Of a stretch of 64,000 nt of DNA, positions 1-7,303 are shown one piece after another. The notes beneath the pieces were generated by a model that searched no databases, was not told the DNA's origin, and saw only the letters and a program-made list of their open reading frames with translations. The stretch is from positions 5,411-69,410 of the forward strand of contig SFII01000001.1 in the NCBI GenBank assembly GCA_004555335.1, read 5' to 3'. Every line of letters begins with the position of its first letter. Position 1 is the first letter of the stretch. The stretch comes from Coriobacteriaceae bacterium (lineage in GTDB: Bacteria > Actinomycetota > Coriobacteriia > Coriobacteriales > Eggerthellaceae). The position numbers and the translations under genes are program-made.

Positions 1-154
1 TATGGCGAAGTTCTACAAGGAAAGCTGCCTGGTAAACCAGGACTTCGTGAAGAACCCCGACATCACCGTTGCCGATCACATCGCTGCCGCTGCCAAGGAA
101 ATCGGCGACAACATCAAGGTCGTTTCCTTCGCACGCATCGCTCTGGGCGAATAA
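1..154 (+). CDS. tsf: elongation factor Ts, C-terminal fragment (5' end outside the window)
   Basis: Frame 2 is open from the window edge to TAA at 152-154. The translation KFYKESCLVNQDFVKNPDITVADHI...VVSFARIALGE has the conserved EF-Ts C-terminal pattern (KxFxExCLLxQxFVKxP...GFxRxxxGE). Confidence 0.8.
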   Translation, partial: MAKFYKESCLVNQDFVKNPDITVADHIAAAAKEIGDNIKVVSFARIALGE

Positions 155-175
155 TCTGAAGAATTCCCAGCCGCA

Positions 176-226
176 AACCCGCCCTTCTGCTTTCTCTATG
201 TGAGTCAGGGGGGCGGGTTTTTTTCT
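176..226 (+). terminator. rho-independent terminator after tsf
   Basis: Arms AACCCGCCC and GGGCGGGTT form an imperfect hairpin, followed by a T8 run (218-225). Confidence 0.6.
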
Positions 227-287
227 ACCCCATTCCCGTGGGATACTTTCATGACGCTGAAGAGTACGTACTGCTAAGAAGGTTGAA

Positions 288-1571
288 ATGCCCGAAGAGA
301 TTATCGTCGCCCACGAAAGCGAGAACCTCACCGGTACAGTCAGGGTGTCGGGTGCGAAGAACTCCGCGCTCAAACTGGTTGCGGCATCGCTTCTCGGTCA
401 GGGAAAGACCGTTATCCATAATGTTCCGTTGATTTCCGACGTTTCCATCATGGCGGAGGTGCTGCGCTGCCTCGGCTCGCAGGTCGAGCGACAGGGGCAT
501 ACGCTTACCATCGACACTTCGACCGTCGACAGCTGCAAGACGCCGTACAACCTGGTTTCCAAGATGCGGGCGAGCATTTCCGTGCTCGGGCCTTTGGTGG
601 GCAGGTTCGGTCGTGCCGAGGTCGCCATGCCCGGCGGTTGCCAGATCGGTGCCCGCAAGATCGACATGCACTTGGTCGGCATGCAACAGCTGGGCGTTCA
701 TTTCGAAAACGACCACGGCTTTTTGGTTGCGAGCACTCCCAATGGGCTCCATGGCGGCACTATCATGCTCGAATTCCCTTCCGTAGGTGCCACCGAGAAC
801 ACCATGATGGCAGCCGTCGTCGCCGAAGGCGTGACCATCATCGATAATGCTGCACGCGAACCCGAAATCGAAGACCTTGCCAATATGCTCAACGCCATGG
901 GTGCGCGCATCACGGGTGCGGGCACCGCGTGCATCCGCATCGAGGGCGTACCGCTTTCCAGCATGCATCCCTGCGAGCATTACACGGTAGGCGACCGCAT
1001 CGAGGCGGGAACCTTCCTGGTGGGCGGGGCGCTCATGGGCGGCCCCCTTACGGTTGAAGGCGTCAACCCCGACCATCTGCGTATGGCGATCATGAAGCTG
1101 CGTGCGATGGGATGCGAAGTCGAAACATCCGATAAGAGCGTTACCGTGCGCCGCAGTGCCCCCTTGCAAGCGGTCGACATCCAGACCCTGCCGCATCCCG
1201 GTTTCCCCACCGACTTGCAGGCCCAGTTCATGCTGCTCACCACGCTGGCCCAGGGCAATTCCATCATCACCGAAAACGTCTTCGAGAACCGCTTCATGGT
1301 CGCTGCGGAGATGTCGCGTATGGGTGCCGATGTGACCATCGAGGATCATCATGCCCTGGTGCGCGGGGTTTCCCGCCTACAGGGTGCCGATATCGAGGCA
1401 ACCGACCTGCGCGCCGGTGCCGCGCTGGTATTGGGCGGCTTGATCGCCGAGGGCACCACCAGGGTGCATAACATCAAGCATATCGACCGCGGTTACGAGG
1501 ACTATGTCGGGAAACTTGCAAGCCTGGGGGCGAAGGTGGAGCGCGTCGTCGTGGAAGATTGCGAGCTCTAG
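288..1571 (+). CDS. murA: UDP-N-acetylglucosamine 1-carboxyvinyltransferase
   Basis: 427-aa ORF. The N-terminus [23 protein letters not shown] and overall EPSP-synthase/MurA-like sequence are typical of MurA. Confidence 0.95.
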   Translation: MPEEIIVAHESENLTGTVRVSGAKNSALKLVAASLLGQGKTVIHNVPLISDVSIMAEVLRCLGSQVERQGHTLTIDTSTVDSCKTPYNLVSKMRASISVLGPLVGRFGRAEVAMPGGCQIGARKIDMHLVGMQQLGVHFENDHGFLVASTPNGLHGGTIMLEFPSVGATENTMMAAVVAEGVTIIDNAAREPEIEDLANMLNAMGARITGAGTACIRIEGVPLSSMHPCEHYTVGDRIEAGTFLVGGALMGGPLTVEGVNPDHLRMAIMKLRAMGCEVETSDKSVTVRRSAPLQAVDIQTLPHPGFPTDLQAQFMLLTTLAQGNSIITENVFENRFMVAAEMSRMGADVTIEDHHALVRGVSRLQGADIEATDLRAGAALVLGGLIAEGTTRVHNIKHIDRGYEDYVGKLASLGAKVERVVVEDCEL

Positions 1572-1580
1572 GGTTTTTCG

Positions 1581-4130
1581 ATGGCTTGGAATAACGATAC
1601 GAACAAACGACGCCCGAGCGTGAGAAACGACAAGCGGGTCCGCAGTGCAGTGCAGGCAGACGGCAAGCCCGAGATGGGGGCTCAGCCCCGGGAGGGTGCC
1701 CGAAGCGAGGGTGCTGCAGGCGGGACCCAGCGTATCGCGCACGTCGAGATCCCGCTCGACCAGATCCGCCGTGAGCGCGAGGCGGCACGCAAGGCAGAGC
1801 CCGAAGCCGTTTCGGAGCCTGCCCCCGATATCGCGCCTGTCGCCGAAGATTCTGCCGCAAGCGCCGGGGACCCCGTTTTCGAAGGGACTGCAAAGGCCGT
1901 TTCGGAAGGCGAAGCCGTCGACGCGGCTTCCAAGGATCGGGAAGGCGGCTCATCCTTCAACCTCGACCAGGCGGTTGCCGCCTTTGCCGCAGCATCCGCA
2001 CGCGAGGTCCCCGCTCCCAAACAGAAGAAGCGCATCCCCGCTTCCTTGCTGAAGGGCCTGTTCAGCGCGGCTTCGGGTTTGCCGGGGGAAGACGATCCGG
2101 TCGAGATGATCGCCTATGACGAAAAGGTCCTGAAGCAGACGGCGGCCGCCTTGAGCGGCGATGCCGCCGATGCCGAAGCTGTCCGTGATGGAAAGGGCGA
2201 TTCCCATCTCTTCCGCAGGCCTTGGGCCAAGCGCACGCAACTTGCCGGAGAAGCAGAGGAAGGGAAGGAAAAACCCGGCTTGCATTCTCGCGGACTCGGC
2301 TTCCTCCACAGGGATGGCGGCGACCGTCCTGAGGGGGATCGAAGCCCTCAAGATGGCGAAACCCTGCCTTCGGTTCCGTCCGATTCGGTGTCCGAGGATG
2401 GAAAAGATGCAGCTCTCGTCTCTTCGGACGAGCCCGTGCATGCAATCCAGGGAAGCAGCGCGCCTGTTTCCGTTGCCGATGAAGCACCCGAGGTCCATCC
2501 TGCTGGAGGAGTGCCCGTCTCTCCTGTCGCCGTTTCGCTTGGTTCGGATGGTGCGGAGGATGCCGCTCCGTCTGCGGTAGCTGCGGTTTCGACCGATGGC
2601 GATGCGCAGCGCATGCATGCTTCCACGCAAGAGTCGGCCCCGATCCAGGCGGATGCCGGCGATACGGCAGACGCGCCAGCGGAGAATGACCGGGAAGCCC
2701 CCGAGGGGGATTCGCAGGAATCCGCGGATTCGGGAAGGCCCAGGATCGCCGAAAGGAAGCGGGCTGTTTCCAAGGAGTCGAAACCCAAGAAGCAGATCGA
2801 CCGCAAGAAGCTGCACCGCGGAATCGGTATCGCGGCGGCTGTCCTTGCGGTTGCCTTGGCGGCGACGATTTCGGTTGCCTGCTTCGTTTTCGGCGCCCAT
2901 ATGACGAAGGACATCACGCTCGAGGACGATGCGCTTTCCGAGACCCTCGTTCCCGTGAAGCAGGACGGCGATCCCTTCTATACCCTTGTTGCGGTGGAAT
3001 ACAACCGTACGAGCAGGTATTACGAGGGTCCCGAGCTGTTGGTGCTGTTGCGCATCGACCCTGCGAACAGGATCGCAACGTTGATTTCGGTTCCCTCCGA
3101 AACCCAGGTCTCCCTGTCCGACAGCCGCTACCATTCCGTCAGCGAGGCGCAGGTCATTGGCGGTGACGCCTACCTGGTGGAATCAGTCGGTCAGCTGCTC
3201 AACGTGGATATCGCGCATTTCGTGCGCACGGATGACACCGGCCTTGCGAATATCGTCGACCGTTTCGGCGGGATCGAAGTGGAGGTCGTGACCGACGCGG
3301 TTGCCTCCGATTCCGAAGAGGAAACCGATCCGTATGCCGTTGATGCAGGCTTGGAAGGCGGCGCTTCGGAAACCGAGCAGGCAGATGACGGGGAAGCTGA
3401 GGATGCGGCCATTCCTGCGGGCAAGCAGAAGCTCGATGGCAAAGCGGTCGTCGCGCTTACCAGCGAGGATGCGTATGCGGATCCCGTGGGGGTCCAGTCG
3501 CAGAACCAGCTGAATACAATCTCCGCATTGTTGGATAAGTGCGTCCAATCGAGCGGGAAGGATTATTCGTCCACGCTTTCCGATTTGAAGAACGACTTCA
3601 AGACCGACATGAGCGCGATGCAGCTGCGATTGGTTCTGCGCTTGCTTGCGGGAGAAGAAGGCTACAAAACCTATACCGCCATCATGCCCGGGGAATACGA
3701 TCCCCTGACGGAAACCTACCAGAGGGACAAGACGGCAACCCGCCTGATGATAGTGGGTACCGAAGAGAACGGAAACCCCGGCGACCGCGATGAATCGAAG
3801 GTCGATAAGGCTTCGGTATACATCGAGGTTCAGAACGGAACGAACATCGAAGGCGGTGCGGGCGACGTACGCAAGAAGCTGAGGGACAAGGGCTGGAACG
3901 TATCCTTCATCGGGAACAACCCCAACGAAGACGAGCCCGAGACCCTGGTCATCTACGGAGACGAGTCGATGAAGGCGGCAGCCGAAGAGCTTGCATCGGA
4001 TCTGGGGGTCGGAAAGGTCTCTTCCGGCGAGGAGGGCTATACCTTCGGAACCGACATCCTGGTTGTGATCGGCCTCGACTGGGATAAGTCTGCCGAACGG
4101 GGCAGCCAGCAGGAAGCAGAGGGCCAATAG
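1581..4130 (+). CDS. LCP (LytR-CpsA-Psr) family cell-wall polymer ligase with a long disordered N-terminal tail and a C-terminal LytR_C domain
   Basis: 849-aa ORF. About 415 aa of Ala/Glu/Pro/Ser-rich low complexity precede a TM segment (GIGIAAAVLAVALAATISVACFVFGA). The LCP core follows (LLVLLRIDPANRIATLISVPSETQV...IAHFVRTDDTGLANIVDRFGGIEVEV), then a LytR_C-like end (IEVQNGTNIEGGAGDVRKKLRDKGWNV). The exact start is uncertain. Confidence 0.8.
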   Translation: MAWNNDTNKRRPSVRNDKRVRSAVQADGKPEMGAQPREGARSEGAAGGTQRIAHVEIPLDQIRREREAARKAEPEAVSEPAPDIAPVAEDSAASAGDPVFEGTAKAVSEGEAVDAASKDREGGSSFNLDQAVAAFAAASAREVPAPKQKKRIPASLLKGLFSAASGLPGEDDPVEMIAYDEKVLKQTAAALSGDAADAEAVRDGKGDSHLFRRPWAKRTQLAGEAEEGKEKPGLHSRGLGFLHRDGGDRPEGDRSPQDGETLPSVPSDSVSEDGKDAALVSSDEPVHAIQGSSAPVSVADEAPEVHPAGGVPVSPVAVSLGSDGAEDAAPSAVAAVSTDGDAQRMHASTQESAPIQADAGDTADAPAENDREAPEGDSQESADSGRPRIAERKRAVSKESKPKKQIDRKKLHRGIGIAAAVLAVALAATISVACFVFGAHMTKDITLEDDALSETLVPVKQDGDPFYTLVAVEYNRTSRYYEGPELLVLLRIDPANRIATLISVPSETQVSLSDSRYHSVSEAQVIGGDAYLVESVGQLLNVDIAHFVRTDDTGLANIVDRFGGIEVEVVTDAVASDSEEETDPYAVDAGLEGGASETEQADDGEAEDAAIPAGKQKLDGKAVVALTSEDAYADPVGVQSQNQLNTISALLDKCVQSSGKDYSSTLSDLKNDFKTDMSAMQLRLVLRLLAGEEGYKTYTAIMPGEYDPLTETYQRDKTATRLMIVGTEENGNPGDRDESKVDKASVYIEVQNGTNIEGGAGDVRKKLRDKGWNVSFIGNNPNEDEPETLVIYGDESMKAAAEELASDLGVGKVSSGEEGYTFGTDILVVIGLDWDKSAERGSQQEAEGQ

Positions 4131-4138
4131 AGAAGGCG

Positions 4139-4171
4139 AAGGGGCATCGGGTGCAACCGATGCCCCTTTTT
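4139..4171 (+). terminator. rho-independent terminator after the LCP gene
   Basis: 12-bp stem AAGGGGCATCGG / CCGATGCCCCTT, followed by TTT. Confidence 0.8.
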
Positions 4172-4289
4172 CGTATCGCGTTCGCTCTGGTGTGCGGGCG
4201 ATTGCATGCAGGCGCGTGCGGCAGCTAGATCGCGCGTTCGATCCCAAGGCGGCCTGGGAAAGGTTCCTTTTGCGGAGAAGCCTGCCTTC

Positions 4290-4330
4290 GGGAAAAGAAA
4301 AGGCGGGGCTGCATCATGCAGTCCCGCCTT
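4290..4330 (-). terminator. rho-independent terminator of the NifU-like gene
   Basis: 13-bp stem (AAGGCGGGGCTGC / GCAGTCCCGCCTT). The minus strand reads TTTCTTTTCC after the stem. Confidence 0.7.
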
Positions 4331-4361
4331 GGGTTCTTGCTTCCTGAATGGCCTTTCGGGC

Positions 4362-4592
4362 TTAGGGAGCGGGAACCACCTTGGTGACTTCGGGGATACG
4401 GCTCTTCAGGATGCGCTCCACGCCATTGGATAGGGTCATCTGGGACATGGGGCAGCCCTTGCATGCGCCCACCAGCTCGACGACGACGGTGCCGTCATCC
4501 TGAACCTCGATCAGCTGCACGTCGCCGCCGTCTGCCTGCAGGCTGGGACGGATCAGCTCCAGTACGGCAGCTACTTCTTCCTTATCGATCAT
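4362..4592 (-). CDS. NifU-like (Nfu C-terminal domain) Fe-S cluster protein
   Basis: 76-aa product MIDKEEVAAVLELIRPSLQADGGDVQLIEV...GACKGCPMS with the CxxC motif. ATG is at 4592-4590, preceded by a GGAG RBS. The longer listed ORF (to 4814) has no similarity and overlaps lgt. Confidence 0.8.
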   Translation of the reverse strand: MIDKEEVAAVLELIRPSLQADGGDVQLIEVQDDGTVVVELVGACKGCPMSQMTLSNGVERILKSRIPEVTKVVPAP

Positions 4593-4733
4593 GGGAAGCT
4601 CCTTTTCCTTCGTAATGGGACAGCTGGATTCTAGCACAGAGGGGGGAGGGGACCCCGTGCGGGATGCGGCTGCAAAGAAACCGTAGGATGATTGTCGACA
4701 GGCGGGCGGCGTTGGGCGCATGATAAGTCCGTC

Positions 4734-4742
4734 TGCTACAAT
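4734..4742 (+). promoter_or_regulatory. candidate extended -10 promoter element (TGCTACAAT) for lgt
   Basis: TGnTACAAT lies about 60 nt upstream of the lgt ATG in the divergent intergenic region. Confidence 0.4.
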
Positions 4743-4800
4743 TCCTGCTCGAAAACGCTCCGCGCCGATCCTGCGGGGTTTCCCTATCGTGAGGACTGTC

Positions 4801-5628
4801 ATGCTCGACGCCATCTACCATGCAATCGATCCCGTTGCCTTCAGCGTGGGCCCCTTTTCTGTTCGTTGGTACGGAATCGCCTATATCCTGGGCTTCTTCT
4901 TCGCTGCAGTGATGATGAGGCGCGTGTCCAAGCGCTGGGGCATCGCCTTCGACCTTGATTCCATCCTCACCATCATCACCTGCTTGATGGTCTGCATCAT
5001 CGTGGGCGCCCGTTTGGGCTATTGCCTGTTCTACGATCTTCAGGCAACCTTGGCGAATCCCTTGAGCATCTTCATGATCCAGAATGGCGGCATGAGCTTC
5101 CATGGCGGCCTGGTCGGCGCCTTGCTTTCGGCGATTCCCTCATCGTATCTCACGAAGATACCCATCCTGACCATCGCCGACTTGGGCGCTATCGGTGCGC
5201 CCATCGGGCTCTTCTTCGGGCGATGCGCGAACTTCATCAACGGCGAGCTTTGGGGTGCTCCCACCGATCTGCCCTGGGGCGTGGTCTTCGGCGGTCAGGC
5301 GGGAATGATGCCCAGGCACCCCTCCCAGCTTTACGAGGCCTTGCTGGAGGGCGTCGTGCTGTTCGCCATCCTGCTTGTGCTTTCCAGGAAGAAGCCCCCT
5401 CGTCCGCAGGGCACCTTCCTGGGGGTGTTCCTGCTTTGTTACGGAATCGTTCGAATCGCGATGGAATTCATCCGTCAACCCGATGTGCAAATCGGCTATC
5501 TTTTAGGGGACGTGCTCACGATGGGGCAGCTTCTTTCGATCCCGCTCGTCATCGCCGGCGCGATCCTGCTTGCGTGGTCGCAGCTCCGTAAGTGCCCGCA
5601 GCAGGGCTTGAAATATGATACGGAATAA
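4801..5628 (+). CDS. lgt: prolipoprotein diacylglyceryl transferase
   Basis: The pattern IDPVAFSVGPFSVRWYGIAYILGF, GRCANFINGELWG and HPSQLYEALLEG is typical of Lgt. Start placed at ATG 4801 (MLDAIYH). Confidence 0.9.
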   Translation: MLDAIYHAIDPVAFSVGPFSVRWYGIAYILGFFFAAVMMRRVSKRWGIAFDLDSILTIITCLMVCIIVGARLGYCLFYDLQATLANPLSIFMIQNGGMSFHGGLVGALLSAIPSSYLTKIPILTIADLGAIGAPIGLFFGRCANFINGELWGAPTDLPWGVVFGGQAGMMPRHPSQLYEALLEGVVLFAILLVLSRKKPPRPQGTFLGVFLLCYGIVRIAMEFIRQPDVQIGYLLGDVLTMGQLLSIPLVIAGAILLAWSQLRKCPQQGLKYDTE

Positions 5629-5662
5629 GTATCATATAAGCAGTTCGAAAGAAGGAGGAATC

Positions 5663-6043
5663 ATGACCCTGAAGTTCTTCAAGTGCAGCCAGTGCGGCAG
5701 CGTTGCCGTCAAGGTGTACGATGCAGAGACCCCCGAAAGCCCCTGCGCTGAAACCCAGGCAGAACTTGTCCCCAATACCGTTGATGCCGCTGTAGAGAAG
5801 CATGTTCCCCAGGTAACCGTCGACGGCAGCAAGGTAGAGGCCGTTGTCGGCAGCGTCGAGCATCCCATGGCAGACGACCACTTCATCACCATGATCGTCC
5901 TCGAGACCAAGAAGGGCTATCAGGTTGCAAGCCTGAATCCCGGCGACGCTCCCCGTGCAGTCTTCGCTGTTGCCGAAGGCGACGAACCCGTTGCAGTGTA
6001 CGAGTACTGCAACCTGCACGGCCTGTGGAAGGCAGAAATCTAG
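5663..6043 (+). CDS. superoxide reductase (desulfoferrodoxin/neelaredoxin family)
   Basis: RBS GAAGGAGGA, then ATG 5663. Centre II ligand pattern is EKHVP, EHPM, DHFI, CNLHG. The N-terminal Dx-like segment has CSQC plus a single later Cys. Confidence 0.85.
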   Translation: MTLKFFKCSQCGSVAVKVYDAETPESPCAETQAELVPNTVDAAVEKHVPQVTVDGSKVEAVVGSVEHPMADDHFITMIVLETKKGYQVASLNPGDAPRAVFAVAEGDEPVAVYEYCNLHGLWKAEI

Positions 6044-6074
6044 TACGGACCTTCCCTGCAATCGCAATCACCGC

Positions 6075-6110
6075 GGCCGGTCGCCTGAAGGCGGCCGGCC
6101 GTTCTGCGTT
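6075..6110 (+). terminator. putative terminator hairpin after the SOR gene
   Basis: 11-bp GC-rich stem GGCCGGTCGCC / GGCGGCCGGCC with a TGAA loop. The U-tail is weak (GTTCTGCGTT). Confidence 0.45.
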
Positions 6111-6145
6111 ATCATGGCAAGGATACATGAAGGGGTGGTTCGCTT

Positions 6146-7303
6146 TTGAATCGAAGGAAGATAGTAATAGTCGGCGGGGGAGCCGCGGGTTTCGCCGCGG
6201 CGATAACCGCGGCGCGCCAAGGCTGCGACGTTCAGGTTATCGAGGCGGCCGAGCGCGTGGGGAACTCCATCAAGGTGACGGGGGATGGGCGCTGCAATAT
6301 CGCCAACTCGCACACTGCTGCGGACCTGTACTGGAATGGGTCTTTCGTGGAGCGGGCCTTTTCCCAGGTTTCCCCCCAGGATGCGCTCTCCTTCTTGGGA
6401 AGCTGCGGCTTGATGCTTCGGGAGGAAGCCCAGGGTAGGCTCTATCCCCTGGCGAATAAATCGACCTCCGTCATCGACGCCCTCCGCCTTTCCGCCGAAA
6501 GGGAAGGGGTGCGCGAGGTCTGCGGGAAGCATGCGGTCTCGCTTCGGCCCAAAGCGGGGGCTTGGCTGCTTCGCACCGAAGACGGTGAAAGCCGCACTTT
6601 CGATGCGGTTGTTGCCGCCTGCGGTGGAACGAGGCTTCCCGAGGGCTTTCTTCCCGATGGGATACAGGCCTTCCCCCAGCGTCCTTTGCTGGGACCGATG
6701 AAGACCTCCACCCAGCCGCTCAAGGGCTTGGACAAGGTGCGGGCGAAGTGCTCCGTGTCCGTAGGGGATCGCACCGAAGACGGGGAAGTCACCTTCAGGT
6801 CCTACGGCATCTCCGGTATCGCCGCCTTCAACATGACCCGTTTCGCGCGCAAGGGCGATGCCATCCGTTTGGATTTCCTCTCCCACATGCCCAGGGAGGC
6901 GTCGCTGCTCCTGCTCGAGCAGCGCATGGCTGCGCTCGACCCTTGTGATTGGCTGCAGTTGACCTGCGGCATGCTGCTTCCCCTGGTCGCCCGCGCGGTT
7001 TTGCGCCAGGCGGGCTTAGCCCCGGATAGCAGGCCGCGTCCGTGCGATCTTGCTGCCTTCGACCGTGCCCTGCGCGGTTTCGAGCTGGAATACCTGGGCA
7101 TCGGCGATCAGAAGCTCTGCCAGGTGCACAGGGGCGGCGTGCGCGTATCGCAGGTCGATCCCTCGAGTATGGCGCTTATAGGGTATCCCGGCCTGCATTG
7201 CGTGGGCGAGATGCTCGATGTCGATGGTCCATGCGGCGGCTACAACCTGCATTGGGCCTGGGTTTCCGGAATCATCGCGGGAAAGGCGGTGGCACATGAT
7301 TAG
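6146..7303 (+). CDS. FAD-dependent oxidoreductase, HI0933/BaiN-like (aminoacetone-oxidase family)
   Basis: TTG start. N-terminal dinucleotide fold KIVIVGGGAAGFAAAITAARQG, then TGDGRCNIAN, which is typical of the HI0933 family. Confidence 0.8.
   Translation: MNRRKIVIVGGGAAGFAAAITAARQGCDVQVIEAAERVGNSIKVTGDGRCNIANSHTAADLYWNGSFVERAFSQVSPQDALSFLGSCGLMLREEAQGRLYPLANKSTSVIDALRLSAEREGVREVCGKHAVSLRPKAGAWLLRTEDGESRTFDAVVAACGGTRLPEGFLPDGIQAFPQRPLLGPMKTSTQPLKGLDKVRAKCSVSVGDRTEDGEVTFRSYGISGIAAFNMTRFARKGDAIRLDFLSHMPREASLLLLEQRMAALDPCDWLQLTCGMLLPLVARAVLRQAGLAPDSRPRPCDLAAFDRALRGFELEYLGIGDQKLCQVHRGGVRVSQVDPSSMALIGYPGLHCVGEMLDVDGPCGGYNLHWAWVSGIIAGKAVAHD

Noticed and set aside
4593-4814. N-terminal extensions of the NifU-like ORF (to 4814) and of lgt (from 4720)
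   Set aside because: The two extensions overlap each other on opposite strands and have no similarity. The conserved domains begin at internal Met codons, and in the NifU-like case the internal Met has a proper GGAG RBS.
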